Shown in pieces: positions 53,322 through 62,443 of a stretch of DNA of 64,000 nucleotides. The stretch lies in NCBI GenBank assembly GCA_963702475.1, contig CAVPCT010000005.1:864001-928000 (forward strand), given 5' to 3'. The DNA is from an uncultured Thermoleophilia bacterium. Its GTDB lineage: Bacteria; Actinomycetota; Thermoleophilia; UBA2241. The translations under genes and the position numbers were made by a program. How positions within the stretch are numbered: the first letter of the stretch is position 1; every line of letters starts with the position of its first letter. The notes beneath the pieces were generated by a model. It did not search any database. It saw nothing but the letters and a program-made list of their open reading frames with translations, and was not told where the DNA came from.

Positions 53322-53535
53322 GCCGGGCAGAATGCCCCCAAGCCATACGACGGCAAGGACGGCTGCCCCCTCGGCCGTCGGGATGCGATCGCAGCACGGT
53401 GTGCCCCCACCGAGATCGCGTCCCACCTGCCCGGGCCTCTACCTCCTGAGCCCGGGAGCCGCTGGCCCCACATGGGCCGCGACGACTGCCCCCCAGTCGG
53501 CGCGGCCCATCCCCTGTTCTGGGCCGGCCCCCGAG
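53322..53535 (+). ncRNA. Putative structured small RNA with repeated C-rich (UGCCCCC) hairpin loops, 6C-like
   Basis: TGCCCCC at 53333, 53364, 53402, 53487 (three sit at hairpin apices) plus an anti-SD-like loop CTACCTCCT; strand and ends inferred. Confidence 0.5.
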
Positions 53536-53653
53536 AAGCCGCTTCGGCACAGGTCCCGCCCACCTCGGCTCCAGCCGTCTCTGCCGCACAGCCTGCGCGA
53601 ACACCTACGCGGCGCGCTCGGTGCTCTTGCCCGCCCCCGTCCCCGCACTCCCG

Positions 53654-54022
53654 TCACAGCCAGGCGCCGAGAGCGATCAGGACCGCGGAGACTGTGAAGA
53701 TGAGGGGGCAGAGGCGAAAGGGCAGGAATGCGATGCGGAAGCCGGTCGCAAGCGAGACGAGCGCCAGCACGAGCAGCGTGCCGATGGCGACGGCGTAGGC
53801 TGCCGAGGAGACCGACGCGGCCGGATCGACGGCGGTGACGACGGCGACAAGGGAGGCAAGCGACACCAGGGCTACGCCCTCAACGACCCACTCCATGGTG
53901 ATGATACGGCGGTTGTCCGCCGTGAGCTCGCCGAAGCCCGCGACGACGCCGCGCGTGGCGAACAGATGGGCGGCGCCCCAGAGGCCGGTCAAGGCGGCTG
54001 CAACGTAGAGCACTGCGTCCAT
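53654..54022 (-). CDS. 4-TM membrane protein
   Basis: WGAAHLFAT..VVAGFG...DNRRIITMEWVVEG; RBS upstream. Confidence 0.8.
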   Translation of the reverse strand: MDAVLYVAAALTGLWGAAHLFATRGVVAGFGELTADNRRIITMEWVVEGVALVSLASLVAVVTAVDPAASVSSAAYAVAIGTLLVLALVSLATGFRIAFLPFRLCPLIFTVSAVLIALGAWL

Positions 54023-54314
54023 GCGGTCCTCCCTGCTCCACCTTGCCTACGAACACCGGCGGCCATGGTGCACCGGACTGGGTTCGGCAGTCTGGAGAAG
54101 GCCTCAGACAGCTGCCGGCTTTCCCAGACGACCCTATCATCGGGGTCGGACGAGCGGGATGGGTGAACGGCGGGAGTCGGGGAAGCTCTCATCACTCGCC
54201 TTCGTGGCGTGGCGCGTCCGTGCTCACTGCGTGCCCGCGCGTGATCGGCGCGACGAGGCGTCTTGTCAGCGCCCCACGCAACCGCCATCGCGCCTTGTGC
54301 CCGCGAGCCGCCCT

Positions 54315-57300
54315 TCACCAGTTCCAGGTGACGGGCGTGGCTGGGCCCAGCGTCACCTTCAGGGTCACCGGGCGCCAGTAGTGCCGGAGAAGCCAGCGCT
54401 GGGAATGTGGCCCCACTGGTACGTCACGAAGAGCGCTGGTCCTGAATCTGAGTACGCTCACGGCGACCACTTGCCCCGGTGTCGCGCTCCGCAAGAAGTC
54501 ATCTACGTCCTCGCGGTCGTACGTCGGCGTCCCGTCGAGCGCCAGCATGATGTCGCCGCCGACGCCGACCCACGAGCCGTCGTCCTGCACCCACGCACCG
54601 TCGACCTTCAGGAGCTGTCGAGCATCGCGAAGCCCGGCCTTGGCGGCTGGGCCGCCGGGCGCGAGACCCTCGAGGAGGATCCCTTGCCGGCCGCCCAGGC
54701 CGAACGACCTCGCCAGCTTCGTCCCAGTGACCTCAGGTGTCAGGTAGTCGATCCGGTCGATACCGAGCGTGACGGGCAGGTCGCTCCGTGCGGCGTTCTG
54801 GACGTTGTCGATCATCGCACGGTAGAGACTCGCGGCCACCGCGGTGCCCCGCCCCTCCGCGACTTCGTCGGGCTGCTGGTGACCATGTAGCAGACGCGTG
54901 ATCGCCCGCCCGTGAATATCGAACCGTCGGCGTTCACCACTGATGTGGTGCCGCCCTTTGCCGACACGACCGTACCGGTGGACGTCAGGATGATCCCCGA
55001 CTTCGGCAACCTGCTCAGGCAGACGACCCGGTCTCCCTTGCGGACCGATTCGGAGTCCCCATGGCCCATCGGCTGGAGGTCCGCCTTGCTGGGGTCTACC
55101 TTGATCAGCGTCCCGACGCCCGTCAATGAGAGCCTGTAGCCTGGCACGGTGCGGAAACTGCCGTCGCTGTAGATGCCGACCGTGACAGCCTCGGGTTCGA
55201 CGAGGACCGGCAGTCGACCCAGCAGCGCGTCGCTCGTGTAAATGAACCCGTCCTTGGAGGCGATCACGCCGGACTGGTGGATGGTCTTCCACACGATGCG
55301 GTGCTGCTTGTCGGCGACCCTCACCTTGGCGCTTATATCGACGATGCTGTCCCCGTACTTGTCGGCGATCTGCTGGGCGGTGAGCTGCACGGGACCCGAC
55401 GGCTCGTTCTGTGGCGTCGGCCTGAACGCCACCACGGCGAGCGCCGCGACCAGGGCGACGACGATGATGGCGGCCGCGGCGACAAGCAGCGGCGCGCGGC
55501 GCCTCAGGGTGCGCCGCGCCCTGCGACTGAGGAAGAAGCGGCGCTTGGGTCTGGCCGCCTCATCGGCGACCCGCTCGGCGCGGGCGAAGTGGGCCGCCGC
55601 CGCGGCCGAGTCCAGCGGGGCGGCGCGCCCGCCGGCGAGCGAGAGGTAGCGTTCGGTCGGTCCGGCGAGCTCGTCTTCTAAGTCGAAGAGGCCGGCGGCG
55701 CCGGCCATCTCCAGAGCGGTCCCATAGTGGAAGGCAAGCACCTCGGCTAGGTCCTCGGTGCGCCCGGCGGTGTGCTCCTCGAGCCACTTCGCCAGACGGG
55801 CGTGCTTGGTGGCCCGGTCGGCGTGCGTGAGCTGGGCGTAGGCCACGTCGCAGACCAGGGCGTGCACGAAGGCGAACTCCGTCTCGCCCTCCATGGAGGA
55901 GGCACGCTCCGGTCTGACGAGCTCCTTGGCCACCAGCTCGATGACGCCCTCGTAGACGGCAGCGGTCTCGCGCGCGCCGACGGCGGCCACCGCCCCCACC
56001 CATAAGGTACGACCGACGACCGCGGCGTCGGCGAGCAGCGCCTTGCGCTCGGCGCTGAGCAGATCGAGGCGGGCGGCGATCAGGGCACCGATCGAGTCCG
56101 GCAGCGGGACCTCGGCGCCGGGCTTGAGAGCGACCTTGCCGGAGCGCTCCTCGAGGAGGCCGCGGTCCTGCAGCAGCCTGACGAGCTCCTCGGCAAAGAG
56201 CGGGTTGCCGCCGCTGCGCTCGAGGATCAGGGCCTGCAGGTCGGTGGGCAGCGACTTGGCGCCGAGGCGGGCGCGGGCGAGCTCGGCGGTCTCCTCGCCG
56301 GAGAGCGGGCCGAGGGCAAGATGAGCGGCCGCTGCAACGAAGCTCGCGCCGGGGCCGGCGATCTCGAGCACCTCGGGTCGGGCGCTGGCCAGGACGAGGA
56401 GCGCGGCGGAGGCCTCGCTGCCGGCCAGGAAGTCCATGAAGGCCAGCATCGCCGCATCGGCCCAGTGCAGGTCCTCGACGACCAGCACCGCGGGCCCGGA
56501 TGAAGCGAGGCCCTCGAGGAACTGTCGCCAGGCGGCGAAGTTCTCCTCGCGGGAGGCCTCTTCCGCCTCAAGACCCAAGAGCGGGCGCAGGCGAGATCGG
56601 AGCCGGTCGCGGTCAGAGCCCTCGGGCAGGACTGTCTCGAGGCGTGCCTCGGCGCGGGCCACGCCGTCGCTCTCGAGCACGCCGGCCTCGGCGCGCACGA
56701 TCTCGCTGAGCGCCCAGAAGGTGACGCCGCTGCCGAAGGGCAGGCAGCGGCCCTGGCGCCAAGTGACCAGCCCGGGGAGGTCGTCGAGGCGGCGAGCGAA
56801 CTCGGCGAGCAGTCTGCTCTTGCCGATGCCGGGCTCGCCGACGATGAGGGCACAGCGGAGACGTCCGTCGGCGCCCGTCTCGTCGAGCAGGGCCTGCAAC
56901 TCGGCGAGCTCCTGCTCCCTGCCGACGAACTCGGAGCTGAAGCTGCGCAGCTCGGAGCCGGTGCGCGCCAGCGGCGCGGTCGCGATCCAGGCGCGCAGCG
57001 GCTCCTTCTTGCCCTTCACCGCGACCGGGTAGCAGGCGTCGAAGGCGAAGATCTTCTCCGTGGCGGCGTGGGTGACCTCGCCGACGGCGACGGCCATCGG
57101 CGGGGCGGCGCTCTGCAGGCGGGCCGCCGTGTTCACGGCGTCCCCGATGAGGAAGCCCTCGCCGCTCGCGGGGTCGACAGCGAGGCGCACGAGCACCTCG
57201 CCGGTGTTGATGCCGACCCTCACCTCGACCGCCTGGCCGGCGATGCCCGGCAGGGCGTCGACCTCGTCGACGATGCGCAGGCCGGCACGCACGGCGCGCT

Positions 57301-57598
57301 CGGGGTCGTCCTCGTGCACGGCCGGCACGCCGAAGACCGCGACCACGGCGTCGCCGATGAACTTCTCGACCGTGCCGCCGTACGACTCGACCGCCGTGCG
57401 GGCCACGGCGTAGTAGCGGCACAGGAAGCCGTCGACGAGCTCGGGGTCGTTCCGCTCGCTGAGGGCAGTGAAGCCGACGAGGTCGCAGAAGAGGGTCGTG
57501 ACGACGCGCCGCTCTTCCCCGCCCCGCGGCGCGGCGGGCGGGCTGTTTGAGCCCTCGGACGAAGACAGTGAGTCCCGGTCCATCCTCGGCTCCGTCAC
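54315..57598 (-). CDS. Class III cyclase + STAND/AAA ATPase + TM + degenerate trypsin-like domain + PDZ, frame change near 54850
   Basis: CDLVGFT, EKFIGDA, GDAVNTAARL, GEPGIGKS, VEDLHWAD, GNPLF; TM LLVAAAAIIVVALVAALAVVAF; SGVIASKDGFIYT, GDSESVRKGDRV; PDZ GGPAAKAGLR...GDIMLALDG in frame 54315..55292. Confidence 0.85.
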
Positions 57599-57682
57599 CC
57601 GTGGAGTGAGTGGAGCGCCCGCAGTCTACGGCTCGGACAGGAGCCGCTGAAGCACCCCCCAACGCTCCGGGCAGGGTCGCAA

Positions 57683-57859
57683 CTAGGCGAACGGGCCCGG
57701 CGCGGGGTGGGGGATCTGCAACGGCGCAGTGACGATCGGGTACCTCCACACTGCGAAGGCCACCACGATGACGACCGCTACGAGAACGGCGACGAGGACG
57801 AGGATCCAGCTTGCCGGCACGTGCACGTGGTGGTGGAAGTATGTCATCTGCGCTGTCAT
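57683..57859 (-). CDS. Small single-pass membrane protein (58 aa) with His-rich N-terminus
   Basis: MTAQMTYFHHHVHVPASWILVLVAVLVAVVIVVAFAVWRYP...; AAGGGGG RBS. Confidence 0.65.
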   Translation of the reverse strand: MTAQMTYFHHHVHVPASWILVLVAVLVAVVIVVAFAVWRYPIVTAPLQIPHPAPGPFA

Positions 57860-57912
57860 GGCGTCCCCCTTGGTCTCCGACTCGACTCTACGAGGCGGCA
57901 CGGCCGGCGGCA

Positions 57913-57929
57913 TCACCCCAAGCGGGTGA
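57913..57929 (-). promoter_or_regulatory. TCACCC-N5-GGGTGA box upstream of the small protein
   Basis: GGCA-TCACCC-caagc-GGGTGA; -10 TAGAGT (57885-57890, minus) 22 nt downstream. Confidence 0.62.
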
Positions 57930-58495
57930 ACCGCAGCGCAGGAGGGCGCGGCAGCGAGAGGTGATGGCCGACCAGGCCGCGGATCCGCGGAGCGGCGCTG
58001 CCTGTACGGGCGCATGACCAGAGCCAGAGGAGAGGAGTGCCCCGGATCCGCGCCGCTGACGATATAGGTCGTACCTCCGGCGGGGTCACGGATGCGTGTG
58101 CCTTGGGACCTAGACAGAGAGATTGCTGCCCAACCCACCTTGTCAGCACACGCCTACGAGCTGACACTCGGGCGGGAACCGAAAGACATCGCGCCTCGCC
58201 ATCACCGGCGTCGGCACCTTGATCTCGCCGAGCCGGCCGATCACCGACCAATCCGTCTACAGGTGCCTGGCGGCGAAGACCCAGGGCTCCCCCCGGCCCT
58301 CGCCCGCCGTTCGCGGAAGAGCTCGCGCGCCACGGGCAGGGAGAAGGGACGGCGATAATGGGCGGTACCGAACCCGAACCGTCAGGGCCGGGGCCTCTCC
58401 CAGGGCGCTGTCTGCCCGTTGAAGAAGTGCCGGGCCAGCTTCACCGTCCCCGGGCGATAGCCGCGCCTCGTGTATCGGCAGCATTCGCCCGCTGC

Positions 58496-61219
58496 TCAAG
58501 CGCTGAAGCCGGCGGGAACTGCGACCTCATCGCTCCTCTCCATGCAGCCGACGAACGCCTCCACGATCTCGGGGTCGAACTGGGTCCCCGAGCAAGCGTG
58601 CAGCTCGGCGATCGCCTCTTCACGCGAGAGTGCCTTTCGGTAAGGACGATTGCTCGTAATCGCCGAATACGTATCAGCCACGGCCATGATGCGACCGAGC
58701 AAAGGGATCGCGCTCCCGGCCAAGCCATGCGGGTACCCGTGACCGTCATAGCGCTCGTGGTGGGAGCCGACGGCGGCGCGGATCTCCTCGACGTCGGGGA
58801 TGGCCGCGATGATCCCCTCGGCGAGAGCAGGGTGCCCCTTGACGACCTCGTACTCAGCCTCCGAGAGGCTCCCGGGCTTGCGCAGGATGCGGTCGGGGAT
58901 GCCGATCTTGCCGACGTCATGGAGCAGGGCGGCGACACGCACGACCCGTTGGCTTTCCTCCGAGAGCCCGAGCGCTCTCGAGATCGCCAGGGCGTACACC
59001 GTGACCTCCTCACTGTGGCGGCGCGTGTAGCGGTCCTTGTTGTCGACCGCTGTCACAAGCGACTCGAACAGGCCAAACGTGCCGCCCTCGGCGTCGCGTC
59101 GAGCTCGCTCCTCGGCGTTGCCGGTGATCGCGTCACCGCCGCGACGCTTGGAGGCGTAGAGATTGGCGTCCGCAAGGGCGACCAGCCCGTTGGCGTCGGG
59201 TGCGTCCTCGGGGTAGGCGGCGATGCCGAAGCTGGCGCAGATCGGGATCCGCTCGCCCGCCGCCGTCACGTATGGTTTCTCCGCGAGGGCTGCGCGCAGG
59301 TCCTCTGCGAGGACCCCGGCCTGGGCAGCCGTGGTTTCGGGCAGCACCAGGAGGAACTCGTCGCCGCCGTAGCGGCTGACGACGTCGGAGGCGCGCGTCC
59401 GCTCGACCAGCAGCGTCGCCACTTTGCGTAGGACGGCGTCGCCGGCAGGATGTCCGTGGGTATCGTTGAGCAACTTGAAGTCGTCGAGGTCGAGCATGAC
59501 CAGGCTGCAATGGCCACCGTAGCGTTCGGCGCGGGCCTGCTCGAGAGCGAGGAACTCGTGGAGCTTGCGGTGGTTGGCAAGGCCGGTGAGGGAGTCGCTC
59601 TCGCTGAGATGACGCAGGCGGCGCAGCAGCTTGGCGGTGCGCACCGCCTCGCCGGCAAGCCCGGCCAGCGAGTTCGCAAGTGCCATCTCACCATCGGTGT
59701 ACTCGCGCTCGTGCTCCCTGTCCCAGAGATTCAGCAGGCCCATGGGCCCGTCGACCGACAGCATGGGCACGGTGAGGCAGCTCTTCTCCCCCCATTTCTC
59801 CAGGTCCGCCCGGCTGACCGGGTCGAGTTGCGGGTCGGCGAGGCGACCAAGATACGGGTGCCCTGACTCCAGCACGCCGCGGCTCATCGGATCCTCTGCC
59901 AGCGGCGAGGGCTCCCCCAGCCTGTCCCAGCCGCTCGGCGTCCTCTCCCACATCGCACGGGCGACCAGAGCGTCGTTGTCAGGATCGAGTTCGTAGGCCA
60001 CGCACTCCGAGACGCCGAACACTTCGCCGGCGCAGCGCGTGACGACCTTGAGCGCCTCCTCCATGCTCGCGGCCCTGGCCACCGCGCGGCTCGACTCGAA
60101 CAGTGACGCCAGCCTACGCGCGCGCTCTTCCTGCGCATGCATGACGTCGGCATCATGGAGAGCCATGGCGATGAGCCGGCAGACGGAGGCGACAGTGGAG
60201 ATCTGCTCGGGCGAGATCGTGCGCCCCGCGCGGGTCTCGCTGATCTCGACAAGGCCGATCACCTCGTCTCTTGCGACGAGCGGCACAATGAGCATCGCCT
60301 GCTCCCGCCAGCGGCGCATGACTGCCTGCTCGGCGGCGCCGAGGCGCGGATCTGCGGGCGAGGCGATGAAGACCGGCTCTCTCGTGCGCAGCGCCTCGAG
60401 GTCGACGGACCACACATCCTGCTGCGTGCACACGCGCAGCCACTCGGGGCAGGGCTTGGCGTCGAAGACGCTCGCCAGGCACACGAGGCTGCCGTCGTCC
60501 ATCAGGCGGTAGACGTCGCAGTCGGGCAGGTCCACGAGATCACTCAAGCGCAGCGCCATCGACGACCAAAGCGTCTCCGGATCGGCCGTGGAGGCAAGCT
60601 CGGCGCCGATGTCGTTCACCGCGGCGATCGCTCGACGTGACGCGAGCAGTGCTTCCAGTTCAGTCGCGCGCTGCTCGAGCGTGGCCGTGACGTCCCAGTC
60701 GTGGATCGATATGGCGATCAGCTGGCAGATCGACTCGGCCGTGGCCGTCTGGTCTCGCGTGATCGTATGGCCCTCACGGGTCTCGCCGAGCTCGACCAGG
60801 CCGATCGCTTCGTTCTTGACGACCAGGGGCACGACCGCGGTGGCCTGTGCGCTCCAGCTGAGCATCTGCGTGCGCTGCGACTCGTCGAGGCGCGGATCAT
60901 CGGGCGAGGAGATGAGCACGGGCCGACGCATGCGCAGCGCCTCCCGATCGGTCGCCCAGAGGGTCGACGTTGCCCGACCGCCCGGATGCTCGGCGCGCCA
61001 TTCGTCTTCGCGGACGCTGGCAATGCACACGAGGTCTTCATCCTCGCCGACCTGATACACGTCGCAGTTGGACACGTCCAGCAGTTGCGACAGCTTCAGG
61101 CTGGCGGCCCCCCAGAGCCGCTCCGGATCGCCGCCACCAGCGAGCTGCTCGATGATCTCACGCAGGGCGGTCAAGGCCTTCTCTGGAGCCGCAAGGTCCG
61201 GATCGTCCAGTCTCGTCAC
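58496..61219 (-). CDS. 3xGAF-GGDEF-HD-GYP bifunctional c-di-GMP enzyme
   Basis: Three repeats with VPLV...IGLVE; DSLTGL, RASD, RYGGDEF; LLHDVGKIG, HHERYDGHGYP, GTQFDP. Confidence 0.93.
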   Translation of the reverse strand: MTRLDDPDLAAPEKALTALREIIEQLAGGGDPERLWGAASLKLSQLLDVSNCDVYQVGEDEDLVCIASVREDEWRAEHPGGRATSTLWATDREALRMRRPVLISSPDDPRLDESQRTQMLSWSAQATAVVPLVVKNEAIGLVELGETREGHTITRDQTATAESICQLIAISIHDWDVTATLEQRATELEALLASRRAIAAVNDIGAELASTADPETLWSSMALRLSDLVDLPDCDVYRLMDDGSLVCLASVFDAKPCPEWLRVCTQQDVWSVDLEALRTREPVFIASPADPRLGAAEQAVMRRWREQAMLIVPLVARDEVIGLVEISETRAGRTISPEQISTVASVCRLIAMALHDADVMHAQEERARRLASLFESSRAVARAASMEEALKVVTRCAGEVFGVSECVAYELDPDNDALVARAMWERTPSGWDRLGEPSPLAEDPMSRGVLESGHPYLGRLADPQLDPVSRADLEKWGEKSCLTVPMLSVDGPMGLLNLWDREHEREYTDGEMALANSLAGLAGEAVRTAKLLRRLRHLSESDSLTGLANHRKLHEFLALEQARAERYGGHCSLVMLDLDDFKLLNDTHGHPAGDAVLRKVATLLVERTRASDVVSRYGGDEFLLVLPETTAAQAGVLAEDLRAALAEKPYVTAAGERIPICASFGIAAYPEDAPDANGLVALADANLYASKRRGGDAITGNAEERARRDAEGGTFGLFESLVTAVDNKDRYTRRHSEEVTVYALAISRALGLSEESQRVVRVAALLHDVGKIGIPDRILRKPGSLSEAEYEVVKGHPALAEGIIAAIPDVEEIRAAVGSHHERYDGHGYPHGLAGSAIPLLGRIMAVADTYSAITSNRPYRKALSREEAIAELHACSGTQFDPEIVEAFVGCMERSDEVAVPAGFSA

Positions 61220-61459
61220 GTACCCCTCCCGCTCACGCGTACCAGCGCGATGACATATCGGCATCGACAGGCTCCGACTGAAGCGCGCATCGACGAGTGT
61301 TCTCGTCGAGCGCCGCGGTCAGCGTCGCCGCCAGCGTGCTCGACGGCTCGAACCAGCCGTCGCGGTCAGCCGACCCGCGTGGATGCCTTCGCGTGCGCGC
61401 GTGGGTGCTCCCTTCCGGCCGCGAGTCTCCAGGGATTCTCGAGACGGCGCCCGCACCGG

Positions 61460-61681
61460 ATGAACCAGAACGCCGAGGTCCGCCTGCGACGGATCCTGAT
61501 CCAGGCCGACGGCGGCGGCGAAAGCGAAGGGGTCCAGGGCACGGGCGAGGTCAGGGGAGGGGCCGCCATGCCGTCGCCAGATGTAGACTCGCTGGGCAGG
61601 CTGCGCGACCACTTCGACATAGGCCCCTACTGCCGCACCTGCCGTGGCAAGGGTTACAGGCTGGTGAAGAAGGAGACCTAA
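61460..61681 (+). CDS. Small hypothetical protein with a CxxCxGxG motif
   Basis: ...GPYCRTCRGKGYRL; short, with weak support. Confidence 0.4.
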   Translation: MNQNAEVRLRRILIQADGGGESEGVQGTGEVRGGAAMPSPDVDSLGRLRDHFDIGPYCRTCRGKGYRLVKKET

Positions 61682-61873
61682 CCTCACCCTACGACCCCGG
61701 CTCCAGTCCCAGCAGGCGGCATCACCATGGCCATGCTCTCGACCATGCCGGCTCGCACTGCCGCGTGGCCAGCGATGCAACGGAGTCTCGTCAGCGACAT
61801 GTCGGCAGTCTTGCCGCTTCGGAAGGGGCTGCCGAACGGCCCAGGAGGAAGCTGCCCTCTGCCGCACGAAAGG

Positions 61874-61920
61874 TGGCGCCCCCGGCTGGAATCGTACCAG
61901 CGACACCAGGTTTAGGAAAC
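61874..61920 (-). tRNA. 3' fragment of tRNA-Arg(CCT); probable att site, not a functional tRNA
   Basis: Minus strand gt-ttCCTaa-acctg-gtgtc-gctgg-tacgatt-ccagc-cgggggc-g-cca; no D-arm upstream. Confidence 0.75.
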
Positions 61921-62443
61921 GCGGTGGGCGAAGGCACCGGGGACGAAGATACTGCGAAATGCTTCAGCGTTTCAGTACATGCAGTGTGGCAGAACATGGC
62001 TTTGTGCAGGACTTTCTTCAAGAAGAGGAGCCGACGGGTCGCGATTCGCGAAGCATTCTGGCGGTCTGCGGCACCGCCTGTGCACCAAATGAGGCCTTGA
62101 GCTGGGCAGGTCGGCGAGCTGCGAGCGGCACAGCAGCGGCATGACGTCGACGCCAGACTGGCCACACACAGTGGTCCACGCCAACGCTGCGGGTCAGCGC
62201 CCGCCTCTAGCCGCGGGGTAACGGAGCTCTGCGGCGAGTCACATGAGGCCCTGTCCGAGGCAGGAAGCGCGTGCAAGGACGGCGCTGAGTGTTCAGTATT
62301 GGGGCGGCGTCGACAGTCGTGCCTAGCCGTTGTCGCGTAGGCTGACTTGCGTAGCTCTGGGGCACGCCAACTTCCCCCGAGATCACCAGCAGGGACAAAC
62401 GGCGGTGAGGGCGTCTGAACGGTATCGCTGCTCTCCACACGAT

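Noticed and set aside
54137-54153. Degenerate box TCATCG-N5-GGACGA
   Set aside because: Weak match and no TAnnnT at the expected distance
57930-58495. ncRNA or ORF in the long intergenic gap
   Set aside because: Only one clear hairpin (TGTCAGC/GCTGACA near 58141-58166) and no credible ORF; insufficient support
61815-61860. SRP RNA (GGAAG-containing stretch)
   Set aside because: No CAGG-GNRA-AGCAG domain IV helix can be formed
61874-61944. Complete tRNA-Arg
   Set aside because: GTCCCCG could pair as an acceptor stem, but the D region is only 14 nt without GG, the anticodon stem is mismatched and the T-loop is mutated
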